The notes under the pieces: generated by a model
The model's input: only the letters and a program-made list of their open reading frames with translations
The model's database searches: none
What the model was told of the DNA's origin: nothing
Assembly: GCF_006345805.1 (NCBI RefSeq)
Contig: NC_043024.1
Span: 15,004,001 to 15,068,000 of the forward strand
Direction: 5' to 3'
Source: Octopus sinensis
Taxonomy: Eukaryota
DNA: 64,000 bases
Program-made: the position numbers and the translations under genes
In this document: positions 34,761 through 46,995 of the stretch, in pieces
Layout: every line of letters begins with the position of its first letter
Position numbering within the stretch: the first letter of the stretch is position 1

Positions 34761-37700
34761 TGTCTGAAACTTTCTGACTGACACACCTAATGAAAAAATG
34801 ACCAAGGAATGACGTCGGAGTGTAATTTGAAGAACTTCCTGAATGATTCAGAGGCGGGAACTTATTCTACACTTCCGTCGTTAAGGAAAAATTTGCCCAA
34901 AAGTCATGGACAAAACTATTTTAGCACACCGTATGCAAATTAACCAACTTCAAAAACAGTGTCTGTGTATTCGATACGGCAGAAACGTTAGCACGCCGGG
35001 CGCAATGCTTTGCGGTATTTCGTGTCTTTACGTTGTGAGTTCAAATTCCGCCGAGGTCGACTTTGCCTTTCATCCTTTCGGGGTCGATAAATTAAGTACC
35101 AGTTACGCACTGGGTTGATTTAATCGACTTAATACCTATGTCTGTCCTTGTTTGTCCCCTCTGTGTTTAGCCCCTTGTGGGTAATAAAGAAATAGGTATT
35201 TCGTGTCTTACGTTCTGAGTTCAAATTCCGCCGAGGTCGACTTTGCTTTTCATCCTTTCGGGGTCGATAGATTAAGTACCAGTTGCGCACTGGGGTCAAT
35301 GTAATCGACTGAATACCTATGTCTGTCCCCTCTCTGTTTAGCCCCTTGTGGGTAATAAAGAAATGGGTATAGTATATTGCACAAGAGACCGGGATTCCTG
35401 GAGGCCTCGGATCAAGCCTGGTTCTGCATTTAAGTTTCCTGGGAAAAGTAATACAAACCGGTGTTCTACAAAAATATGTCTTCTGTTAATAAAAATACAT
35501 CTGTTTTGTTATTATTGTAATTAAAAAAAAATATTCTCGCGTATAAATTTTAATTTAAATTATATTGCAATGTCAGATAAATATTCTAAAATATATAAGG
35601 AATAATCAAAGATTCTGAAAGACAGAAATAATTGAAGATTTTGATAGAAAAACTTATGTAATCATTGTAGCATTATTTCTCCATGACCGTCGAGGTATAA
35701 GAACAAACGAGACGTCTTCTGAAATTCCAAGGTAAAAATATTAAAATTTCACTTTAACAACAATAATAATCCTTTCTACAAAAGTTATAAGGCATGAAAT
35801 TTTGTTGGGGAGGGGATAAGTTGATTATATCGATCCCAGTGTCCAACAGGTACTTTATTTAATTGACTCCAAAAGGATGAAAGGCAAAATCGACCTCGAC
35901 AGAATCTAATGATAATAATTATTACAATTATGAACTTTTGGACTTCGTTTTAATTTAATTTTAATTGAAATATCAGAGAGAAAGATTATATTTGCTCATA
36001 AGTACGTGGAAATAAATTCTAAATATACTTATTGTGTATTTAACAGGAATTATTTATAGACAAGGTTAAACTGTCCGTCCTGATGTCGCTCGACCGGTTA
36101 GAAAAAGCAGTTAAATAACCCTTAAATGACTCGTTGTCGTTTTAAATAAGGAAATGAGGAAAGCAATGCATTCGATAATGTAGCGTGAAAATATGGGATG
36201 GTCACGGCTGGATACCTTTCATCATATGTTTGTGGCTAAACAACCTCGAACCAATACGCCCACGAACTATCATACACATATACAAACACTCCGATATGCA
36301 TACATACAAATACGTACATATATACTAACGTATATAAATAAATACATACATACAAGCATGGAAGTACGTAGTGCATACATATACACGCACGTACAAGCGC
36401 AATACATACACATACATGTTTATACACATACACGCAAGGCGGAGAGCTGGCAGAAACGTTAGCACACCGGGCGAAATGCGTAGCCGTATTTCGTCTGCCG
36501 TTACGTTCTGAGTTCAAATTCCGCCGAGGTCGACTTTACCTTTCATCCTTTCGGGGTCGATAAATTAAGTACCAGTTACGAACTGGGGTCGATGTAATCG
36601 ACTTAATACCTATGTCTGTCCTTGTTTGTCCCTTCAATGTTTAGCCCCTTGTGGGTAATAAAGAAATGGGTATTTCGTCTGCGTTACGTTGTGAGTTCAA
36701 ATTCCGCCGAGGTCGACTTTGCCTTTCATCCTTTCGGGGTCGATTAAATAAGTACCAGTTACGCACTGGGGTCAATGTAATCGACTTAATTCGTTTGTCT
36801 ATCTTTGTTTGTCCCCTCTGTGTTTAGCCCCTTGTGGGCAGTAAAGAAATATATACACATACACGCATACGCCCATACATGTACATACGTAGATATATGT
36901 ATAGCCTAGTGTAGCCATCTGGTTCGCCAGTCCTCAGTCAAATCGTCCAACCCATGCTAGCATGGAAAGCAGATGTTAAACGATAATGATGACGATGGTA
37001 TATACAGGGATGCATACATACATGCATGCGTGCGCCTGCATACATACATACTATCTCTCCTTCTCCCCTGAATCACCGCTTCTTGTTGATTGATGTGTAT
37101 GTGCTTCTGACCCCTTCATTCCTGTCACCAAATGTCTCCCACTTTCCTCATACACTCTTGCAACCCAACAACTCTGTTTCTCCCCCAACCTTGTCATCAT
37201 CATCATCGTCATCTTTATTATTATTATTATTATTAAGGTGGTGAGGTGGCAGAATCGTTAGCATGCCGGGCAAAATGCTTAGCGTTATTTGGTCCATCCT
37301 TCCATTGTGAGTTCAAATACTGCTGAGGTCGACTTAGCCTTTCATCCATTCGGGGTTGATGAAATAAGTACCAGTGGTGCACTGGGCATGATGTAATCGA
37401 CTAGTCCGCATCCCCCATAATTTCAGGTCTTGTAACTATAGTAGAAAGGATCATTATTATTATTAAGGCGGCGATCTGGCAGAATCGTTAGCACACCGGG
37501 CGAAATGCTTTGTGGTATTTCGTCCACCGCTGCGTTCTGAGTTCAAATTACGCCGAGGTCGACTTTGCCTTTCATCCTTTCGGGATCGATAAATTAAGTA
37601 CCAGTAACGCACTGGGGTCGATGTAATCGACTTAATATCTTTGTCTGTCCTTGTTTGTCCCCTCTATGTTTAGCCCCTTGTGGGAAATAAAGAAATAAGA

Positions 37701-37892
37701 ATTGTTAGCATTCTGGGTGAAATGCTTAGTAGCATTTCATCTGTCTTTACATTCAGAATTCAAATTCTGCTGAGGTTGAGTTTACCTTTCATCCTTCTCA
37801 GGTTGATAAAAATAAGCACTTGTTGAGTACTGGGGTCGATGTAATTAACTTAGCCCCTCATTTGCTAGTCTTGTGCCAAAATTTGAAATCAC

Positions 37893-37929
<37 letters not shown>

Positions 37930-38524
37930 GGCAAGTTGGCAGAATTGTTAGCATACCAGACAATATATTTAGCCACACAGCCATACCTACACCTATGTAT
38001 ATATATAGGAGTGGCTGTGTGGTAAGAAGCTTGATGAAATAAAGTAGCTGCTGCCCTTGTGGCAAATTAAATGAAATAAAGAAGCTTGCTTACCAACCGC
38101 ATGGTTCTGGGTTCAGCCCCACGGCATGGCATCTTGGGCAAGTGTCGTCTACTATAGCTTTGGGTCGACTGAAGCCTTGTGAGTGGATTTGGTAGATGGA
38201 AATTGAACGAAGCCCATCATATATATATATATATATATATATTTGTGTGTCTGTGTTTGTCCCCCCACCATCACTTGACAACTGATGTTGGTTTGCTTAC
38301 GTCTCTGTAACCTAGCATTTCGGCAAAAAGAGACCAATAGAATAAGTACTAGGCTTACAAAGAATAAGTCTTGGGGTCGATTTGCTCGACTAAAGGCGGT
38401 GCTCCAGCATGGCCACAGTCAAATGACTGAAAGAAATAAAAGAATATATGTACACACACACATACATGTACATATATATAAACGTGTGAGTTGCCTAAGA
38501 GACCATAAGTCAAGGAAAAAGATG

Positions 38525-38939
38525 GGATCTTTTTGGTTTGAACGGCAGTTTTTTCTAGCGTGTCATATGAAATTGTCACCCATAATTATGACCCTAGTAT
38601 CAATCTATTGCATTTCAATCTGTTTTAGAGTTAGGGTTAGGGGTGGAGGGAAGTATATCTTTTTTTCTTCACAAATGTAAATAAACCCAATCTGTTTCTT
38701 AAACAAGGGACATATTCATACGGCACAGAATGCTTTTTAACTCAATAGACGTCATTGATTGGTTGAAATTGCAGAAATTGAAGAAAAAACAACAAATATT
38801 CTACAAACTACAGAATTTTCTCAATAAAGCCAAAAGAAAAATATGTTTTATAAACACATTCTACCAGTATACGAAGTTTAAAAGTGTTTAGTTACATGGA
38901 AATTATTTTAAAAAACTGCCGGTCAAACCGAAAAGATCC
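38525..38939. mobile_element. Merlin-like MITE with 8-bp TSD
   Basis: Flanked by the direct repeat AAAAGATG on both sides; TIRs as at 32527. Confidence 0.85.
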
Positions 38940-39439
38940 AAAAGATGCACTCATATATTTGTCTGTAGGGTGGGTGTATTATCCGAAATGTATAGTATTA
39001 AATATCCATCACAGCTGATCTTACCAATCAGTTTCGTGTAAAGAATGTAATGGAGTGTTCAGTAATAAACCGATTATATAACTTTACATTCATTAGAGTT
39101 AGCTGATATGGAAGTGGGGATATGGTAACTGCTCATATATATATAAAACATAAATGCGCCTTTTTAAAGCCTAGCCAGGCTCATGGGACCAGTTTCCTGG
39201 TTTCTATGGCGTATGTGTTCCCCAACTGGACGGGACACCAGTCCATTGCAGTATCACTTATTTTTGCCAGCTGAGTGAACTGGAGCAATGTGAAATGAAG
39301 TGTTTTGCTCAAGAACACAACATGTTGCCCGGTCCAGGAATCGAAACCACAATCTTACGATCATGATGATGACACCCTAACCACTAAGCCACGTGCCTCC
39401 ACATACACACACACACACACACACACATATGTATGTATG

Positions 39440-39620
39440 AATGAAGACAGTTGCATCAAGGGGTGTTGATCTCTAATTGTAGAGGGAACGTGGAAAGGCA
39501 AGACCCAGGAAGATGTGTGATGAAGTGGAGAGAAAGGATCTACAGACATTGGGACTCACAGAGGGGATGACAGGGGACCGAGACTCCTGGCAGTTTGCTG
39601 TGATTGAGAAAACACCCCAT
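39440..39620 (+). mobile_element. RTE LINE ORF C-terminal fragment
   Basis: Frameshifted remnants ending LGLTEGMTGDRDSWQFAVIEKT, similar to the RTE end at ~53515-53585. Confidence 0.5.
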
Positions 39621-39627
39621 TTTGAAA

Positions 39628-39690
39628 CCACCTGATGAATGACTGCGACTCAAAAATTTGATGACAGTAGCCAGGAAACGATCGTAGTGG
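39628..39690 (+). ncRNA. Minimal type-I hammerhead ribozyme motif
   Basis: CCAC CUGAUGA [decayed stem II with UCAAA-AA-UUUGA core] GAAAC GAUC GUA GUGG: stem I CCAC/GUGG, palindromic loop 3 (GAUC), GUA triplet. Confidence 0.72.
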
Positions 39691-39866
39691 ATATTAATTA
39701 TATTTTTTAATAATTGTTACATATTTAAATAATATAAATTAATTTATGTATTGGCTTAAGTCTTTCATTGTTTGATTTGCATAATAGTGGTTTTGTCTCT
39801 AATTTAATATAATGTATGTATATATATGTATATATATGTATGTATGTATATATATATATATATATG

Positions 39867-39907
<41 letters not shown>

Positions 39908-40047
39908 TTGCGTCGGAAATTAATTAGCACTTCTCAAATTTCTACATTTTCTTACATTTTCTTAATTTAATTAACTCGTTTTTAATCAAAAATTTATTAA
40001 AACATATCCCAGCACACCACATAAGTGTTATTAATCGTGAAATTTAG

Positions 40048-41045
40048 TCAATATCTTGTTGCTCCTCCTTTGGCAGCAATGACAGCTGCTACGCTGGTCG
40101 GCATGCTGTCTATGAGTGTCTGCAGGTACTGTGCAAGGATGGCCCTCCATGCAGCAAGAAGTGCCCCAAACAGCTCGTGTCGGTTCCTGTATTGCTGCAC
40201 ATTCAAATCCCTACCCAATCGACTCCAGAGGTTCTCAATAGGGTTCAGGTCAGGTGACTGGCCAGGCCAGTCCATGGCCGTCACCCCATGGTCCTTGAAA
40301 AAACTGGTTGTGAGCTTGGCTGTGTGGGAAGGCGCGTTGTCCTGCTGGAGCATGTACTCCTCGCCACCAAAGAGGTATCCCGTACTATCTCAACGTACTT
40401 TGCTGCGTTGATGTTGCCTTCGACGGCATAGAGCCGCCCAACACCACTGTAGCTGAACGCCCCTCACACCATCAGACCACCCCCACCATGCTTCATGGTG
40501 GGAGCAATGTGGTCTTTGTTGAAGTGCTCACCCCTGCGGCATCGCACATGCACAGGCTTGTCACTGACGAGACTGAATCGCGACTCGTCAGTGAACATCA
40601 CTGTCCGCCACTGCTGCACGGTCCATATCTTGTGGGCACGGGCCCAGAGCAACCGCCTCTTCCGGTTTTGGGCTGTAAGGAACGGCTTACGGGCGGCCCT
40701 ACAGGATTTTAGACCAGCTTCCAGTAATCTGGTCTTGACGGTGGTTGTAGACAACTGCTTCCCTGTCATCTTTTGCATCTCCTCCGCCAGTTGCCGGCTC
40801 GTTGCCCTTCAGTTGTACAGTGACTTTCGGATCAGCATCCGGTCCTCCCGCTGGGTCGTCAGCCTCTTCTGTCCCCTACCCTTTTTGTCAGCTGCTGATC
40901 CAGTTTCCTCGTATTTCTTAAATAAGCACTGAATTGTGCGCCTGGCTACACCAAGTTTTCTGGCTATTGCAGCCTCCGACAGCTTCACACGCCACGAGAG
41001 AGCCTCGTATCATCTCTCCAAGGTCATGCGAGGTCTTGGGCCCAT
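40048..41045 (-). pseudogene. Tc1 transposase pseudogene
   Basis: ATG at 41045; HTH region AIARKLGVARRTIQ; VMFTDES, QQDNAPSH, WPGQSPDLNPIENLW (34 residues D to E); several TGA stops and a frameshift/deletion near 40360-40400. Confidence 0.92.
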
Positions 41046-41203
41046 CTAGGAATGAACGATAAAAACCAGTTATTTTCATTAAAACTATTCATTTGAATAA
41101 TGTTATGCTATAACAAAACTGCTATGAGTTATTATTCATGAAACAAAAAAGAAAGAAAGCAGAATTTCTCACCTATTTGATGTATAACAGAAAGTTTTGT
41201 GAA

Positions 41204-41219
41204 CCGGAAGTGACGTCAC
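41204..41219. promoter_or_regulatory. ETS/CRE composite motif in the Tc1 5' region
   Basis: CCGGAAGTGACGTCAC lies ~30 bp upstream of a minus-strand donor (ag|GTGAGA at ~41174) leading to the transposase ATG. Confidence 0.45.
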
Positions 41220-41601
41220 CAAGCAGAGTGTAGGAGAATTTGTGAGGAAAAAAAATCTTGCAAATACACAAATCAATTAACCTACGAGCTGTTCAAAACA
41301 TCTTACGCGATGAGAAAACTTAGTACGGTGTGATTTCGGTCCTTGCGAGGCGCTACCTATATCTATTAAACAAAGGAAGATTTGTCTGCATCCGCACTCC
41401 AAGTTGTTGTTGCACTGCTATGTCAACATCATTAGGCTGTAGACTCTCAAACCGCTCTGCAAACAAAATTACGTCATCGTTCTGCGCAACAGTGAACTCG
41501 CAACAAAGCAATAGTTCGAGATATGGCCACTAGGTGACAGCAAATACCTTGAGTGAAGAGCAAATCAAGGTGCTAATTAATTTCTGACGGTAGTGTATGT
41601 A

Positions 41602-41960
41602 CAGTGATCCCTTGTTTATCACGGTAGATTGGTTCCGAGACCAGCCGCAATAACTGAATTTCCGTGAAGTAGGGACACCATATTTACAGTATTTATTTAA
41701 TGTGTATTTGGACTTTTAAGACCCTCCCTGTACTGTTAACAACCCACCCATTACAGTAGTCTATTAATAACAAGGACAACTGTGAAGCAATAACACTTTA
41801 GATTTAAAAAAATAAATATTGTTACTGTACTCAACACGAAAGAAGTTGAAGTAAAATTTGAATGATGATGGTGATGAATTTGCTGCGCAGTAGAAATGAT
41901 GATGAAGCTGACAGCGGTGCCCTTTCCTGGGACACCTTCCACTTCTTCCGAAGCCCATCT
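41602..41960 (-). mobile_element. pogo/Tigger-like transposon terminal fragment
   Basis: TA|CAGTGATCCCTTGTTTATCACGG...GGTTCC... resembles Tigger-type TIRs; second TIR not seen. Confidence 0.55.
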
Positions 41961-41989
41961 TAAGTTCAAATACTTTTAATCTCCATGTT

Positions 41990-42695
41990 TGTTGCAGTCA
42001 CTTGCCAAGGCACACTCAGCAGTCTAGGGCAAGTGAAGGATAAGAAATGTTACAGTATAACTGAAGCAGGGGCAGCAGCGAAATATCTCCATGTACAACA
42101 CAGACATTTAGATTGATAGGGGTTTTTCTAAGGTCGTGGGCAGTACTTGTCAACACAATCTTTTGGATTTCTCTGAGACATGGTTCTCCTGGGATGTCAT
42201 TTAGATGTTTCTGACACCTCTTTTTAATCATACCTACAATAACAGGGACGGTTTTTGCTTTAAGATGCCACATCTTTTGTGTTTCAATTTCCATGTCCTT
42301 ATACTTACTAAGTTTGTCAAATTTCTTTACAGATATATTTTTATCAGTAGGAACACTTACATCGGATCTTTTCCTTTTGAACAGCACATGTCAGCACAAT
42401 TTATAGTTAACTAAACACTTTAAAACTTCGTATACTGGTAGAATGTGTCTTCCCTGTCCTTAATAATTATGTTTAGTCGATTAGCCTGGATTGTTCTGTC
42501 AGTGTTGAATGCAAAATCCCAGACGATAGTTACATTTTTACCTCAGGACGATATTCATACCAGTAAGCAGGGATACCGATTTTGTAGTGCTTATATATTT
42601 TCCAATGTAAATATTGTCCTACCCTATTGTGCTGACTTTTGTATTCATTTATTGTCAACATAGGACATCTGGAAACGAGATGGTCTATTGTTTCA
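41990..42695 (-). mobile_element. Dong/R4-clade non-LTR retrotransposon 3' fragment (zinc knuckle + restriction-like endonuclease)
   Basis: ETIDHLVSRCPML..EYKSQHNRVGQYLHW and DVSVPTDKNISVKKFDKLSKYKDMEIETQKMWHLK..VPVIVG; frameshifted; interrupted by a MITE fragment at ~42410-42448. Confidence 0.85.
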
Positions 42696-43302
42696 GTCAT
42701 TAAACTGTGGCCATGCTGGAGTACCACCTTGAAGGGTTTAGTTGAGCAATTTGATCCCCAGCACTTATTTTAAAGCCTGGTACTTATTCTATCAGTTTCT
42801 TTATACTGAACTGCTAAATTGTGAGGATGTAAACAAACCAACACTGGTTGTCAAGCTGTGGTGGGGGAGAAACACAAGCTCAAAGACAAGCTCAAAGACA
42901 AGTACACACACACACACACAAATATACTTATATGATGAGCTTCTTTCAGTTTCCATCTTCAAAATCCTCTCACAAGGATTTTGGTTGACCCAAGGCTATA
43001 ATAGAAGACACTTGCCCAAGGTGCCATGCAGTGGGACTGAACCAAGGCTTCCATACAGTTTCTGTGTATCAAATTCCATTCATAAAATATTGATCTATCT
43101 AAGGTAGAATTGAACCTGTAGCTGCATTGTTGCACAGAAAACTTCTTAGCCATGCAACCAGTTTGGCTGCACCGTTAAGAAGTAGCTTATTGTCTTTTAT
43201 TTTTTATTTTCAGATGCTGTTGGAATATGAGAAGGACAGAAAAAACACAAACAAAAATTCTAAAAAATAAATAATTATCTAAGACGACTTCAGTTCCTGG
43301 AA

Positions 43303-43455
43303 ATGCTGGAAATAATGCTCCGGTTCTGTCATGAAGTGAATGTCCGTAAAATTGCATCTGTTGGTTCCAGTTTTAGGGCATCTTCAGTATGTTCTATCAA
43401 TGATCTTTTACACCAGTCGTTTAGACTGTGGCCAGGCAAAATTCCTCAGTGTTAT
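43303..43455 (+). CDS. DNAJC28: DnaJ homolog subfamily C member 28, probable first coding exon (targeting-peptide-like)
   Basis: Acceptor tttttattttcag at 43213; ATG 43303; Ser/Arg-rich peptide; donor GTAAGT at 43456, phase 0, in frame with the J-domain exon. Confidence 0.6.
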
Positions 43456-43482
43456 GTAAGTTTCAGTAAGAGTTCTAGCAGA

Positions 43483-43950
43483 TGTCGGCATTAGGAAGCA
43501 CCGAGTTGGAATTTCTGTTTCGACAGGGATTTATTCAGATTATTTTTTCAGTGCCCTTGGAAATGTCCTGGAATATCTTTGTAGCCCACCAAAATTTGTG
43601 AAAAATGTTTTTTTTAAATAAAAACCCTCCCCCTTCTTTCTCGCTGGGCCGATTTTGTGGGCACTATGCACGACGAACCCCCTAACCTTTGGACCGATTT
43701 TGTGGGCACTACAAACTTAAAAACGACGGGAGAAATCTTTTCGTTCAAAAAACGATTTAACTCTATATTTATGAATTTCTTAATGACTTTTTTTTATTAA
43801 ACCTATTTGTTAAAAAAAAAACATTTTTTGCGAATTTCTTTGCTAAAAAGATACTCCAAAGCATTTCCAAAGGCACCATGAAAAGAAAAATCTGAAAAAT
43901 CCCCGTCAAAACGGAAAAATTCCACCTTGCTGTTTCCTAATTCCGACGTG
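43483..43950. mobile_element. MITE-like element with long imperfect TIRs
   Basis: GTCGGCATTAGGAAGCA...GGAATTTCTGTTTCGACAGGGATT...CAGTGCCCTTGGAAATG mirrored at ~43861-43948. Confidence 0.55.
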
Positions 43951-44280
43951 CGCCATATTTCTTTTACTTTTCCTTTTGGCAGAATTTTTAGCACGGCATG
44001 TCTTTGTGCTCTGAGTTCAAATTCTGCCGAGGCCAACTTTGCTTTTCATCCCTTCGGGTTCGATAAAATAAGTACCAGTTGAGCACTGGAGGTGGATGTA
44101 ATCAACTTATTCCCTCCACATTTTTTTTTTAGGTGGTAAGCCGGCAGAATTTTTAGCACTCCAGAGAAAAATGCTTCGCAGCATTTCATATCGTTTTTTT
44201 GTATTATCTCCCTTACATATTACAACAATAGGAGTTATGTCCCTTGATTATAGTTTTAGTGTAGTCATCACGCTGTTCAC

Positions 44281-44312
<32 letters not shown>

Positions 44313-44964
44313 TACTCATCCTCTCCTACTCTCTCTTTCTCTCTTTGAGTATACATACATACATATATACATACATACATACATACATACACACACATAT
44401 ACATACACTTGCATACATAGATACATACACACATACATACTTACACACATACATGCACAAACATCCATACCCAAACACATACATACACAGATACATATAT
44501 ATGCATGCATACATACATACATACATACATACATACAGGCACACATACATACACACACACACACACACCACACACACACACACTGTAGCACTGGGATATG
44601 TAACACTTGCCGAAATGCCAATCTTGAGAAATAAGGCTTCTCAAAACAAGTAAAAGAATAAAATAATAAAATAAAGAATTTGCCATAAATCAATAAATAA
44701 AAAATTGATAGCTTTTAAAGTTTGCAAATTTTCGGTAATTTTAGCCAATCATAAGCCACAGACATAGTCATGCCTGTTTCCATAGTAACAAACCAGGCAT
44801 GAGAACTCTTATGTCTGTGAGAAAGCATGTGTTGACAAATGTAGTCTACCCATTGAGGTGGTTGTGAAATGTGCTAAAAATAACAGCTAAATATGCCTTA
44901 AATTACCCCCCCCCAAAAAAAAATTTTTTGTTTTTGTTTATCTTTCTTCTTTTATCTTTTATCT

Positions 44965-45370
44965 TTATCTTTTACTTGTTTCAGTCATTTGACTGCGGCC
45001 ATGCTGGAGCACCGCCTTTTAGTCTAGCAAATCGACCCTGGGACTTATTCTTTGTAAGCCCAGTACTTATTCTTTCAGTCTCTTTTGCCGAACCGCTAAG
45101 TGACGGGGATGTAAACACACCAGCATCGGTTGTCAAGCAATGCTAGGGGGACAAACACAGACACACAAACACATATACACACATATATATATATATACAT
45201 ATATACGACAGGCTTCTTTCAGTTTCCGTCTACCAAATCCACTCACAAGGCATTGGTCGACCCGGGGCTATAGCAGAAGACACTTGCCCAAGGTGCCACG
45301 CAGTGGGACTGAACCTGGAACCATGTGGTTGGTTAGCAAGCTACTCACCACACAGCCACTCCTGCGCCTA
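44965..45370 (-). mobile_element. SINE (major family, young)
   Basis: Full copy. Confidence 0.85.
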
Positions 45371-45742
45371 TGTATAATCGTATGAATTCCCATGTGTAGA
45401 ATACAAATTTACAAAACATTTTCTGAAAATTCCAAAAAATAAAAAAGTTATTAGTGTTATACGAGGTGTGTAAAACAGAATCCCACCAATATTTCATTTG
45501 TTTACGGTTGACAGCACATGCTGTCATGCACAAAATGACATCTTCCAAATGCTGTTTTCTGAATGGGTAAAAATTATCAAAATTTAAACCTCTGTAACTT
45601 TAAAAATAAATTTTCTGGAACAAGTAAAATATATCATGATATTCAGTGTGGAAAATTACATCAATGTACCAAATTTTAAAATTTTCAATAAACTTTGAAA
45701 TTTGCACAGGTGCAGCCTAACAGAAAAGATTCAGGCATTATA

Positions 45743-46308
45743 TTGGGTTGTCCGGAAAGTTCGTGCCAATTTATAGTAGCTTACCTTTCGACTTATTTTA
45801 GAAGATGGTTGAGTCCATAAAATAGGATTTGACTACACCTCCATTTAGAGCACAGTTTAAGCTATCTTTTCATGGATGAAGGTTTACGTTCCTATAACCT
45901 GTGTTAATTCTGTAACCCTTTAAAATGGAAGATAAGAAAGTTCATTTTCAGCACTTGATGCTTTGGGAACCAGACAAAAATTGCTGCAGCTCGGCTGGGA
46001 TGTGTTACCCCACCCTCCATATTCACCAGATATTGCTCCTTCGGATTTCCACTTATTCAGGTCTCTGCAGAATAGTCTTAATGGTAAAAATTTCAATTCC
46101 TTGGATGACGTAAAAAGATACCTTTATGAATTCTTTGCCATGAAACCACCTCAGTTCTGGGAAGAGGGTATTTTCAAGTTAAAGGAAAGATGGAGATGCA
46201 TTGTGCAACAAAATGGTTCATATTTGGTTGATTAAAAATGTAATGGCAGGTATTTATTGACCTTTTTCTTTCCTTTAAAAATCGGCACAAACTTTCCGGA
46301 CAACCCAA
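45743..46308 (+). mobile_element. Internally deleted mariner element
   Basis: TA TSD; TIRs TTGGGTTGTCCGGAAAGTTCGTGCC / GGCACAAACTTTCCGGACAACCCAA; N-terminus MEDKKVHFQHLMLWE fused to C-terminus LGWDVLPHPPYSPDIAPSDFHLFRSL...ERWRCIVQQNGSY. Confidence 0.93.
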
Positions 46309-46693
46309 TACTAACGAGTAGTGGCCACACAGATTAAACAGCATAATGAGGGGGGGTGGGGTGTCTATTTACTTTTGAGATATCTGTGGTGTTTGTGTGC
46401 TTGCATGCATGCATGTGTGCGTGTGTGTGTATGTGTGAGTGTTGTTGTGTGTATGTGAGAGAGTGTGTGTGCACTCCAATCTAGTTGGATAAAATTGAGG
46501 GTGCTTGAAATTTTATTGGGAAGGACCTAGTTGATCACATTTATTGCAGTACCCAGCTGGTACTTATTTCGTTGACCCTGAAAGGATAAAAGACAAAATC
46601 AATCTCAGCAGAATGTGAAAACACACAAAACGCCACTAAGCATTTTGACTGGTGTGCTAATGGTTCTGCTGATTTGCTGTCTTCAGACGGTTA

Positions 46694-46995
46694 TCTTTAT
46701 ATATAAAACTGAAGTAGTGTGAGTGTCTGTCCCCTTCGATTTAGATTCCTAACTACTCCCACATTTTGCAGTGCAGTTTAACCAAAAGCGGGTATCTTAT
46801 AGTCGTGATTCATATCGAGCCCTTCTGGGTATTAGCGCGCATCTACAATGAGTCTACGATTTAAAAAAAAATTTACCATCATTTTTTCGTTTTTTTAATG
46901 CATTTTTTGCTCAGTTTATATAAGGGAAGTAACTCTAAAATGCTTATATAGTTATTTCCCTTACAAACCCGAGCAACGCCGGGCGATACTGCTAG
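46694..46995 (+). mobile_element. Non-autonomous Helitron
   Basis: A|TC ... hairpin ... CTAG|T; same family as 11832. Confidence 0.85.

Larger units (their letters stand above)
39905..41595 (-). mobile_element. Full-length Tc1-family DNA transposon (DD34E), inactive
   Basis: TA TSD; 26-bp TIRs CACTTGCGTCGGAAATTAATTAGCAC / GTGCTAATTAATTTCTGACGGTAGTG. Confidence 0.95.
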
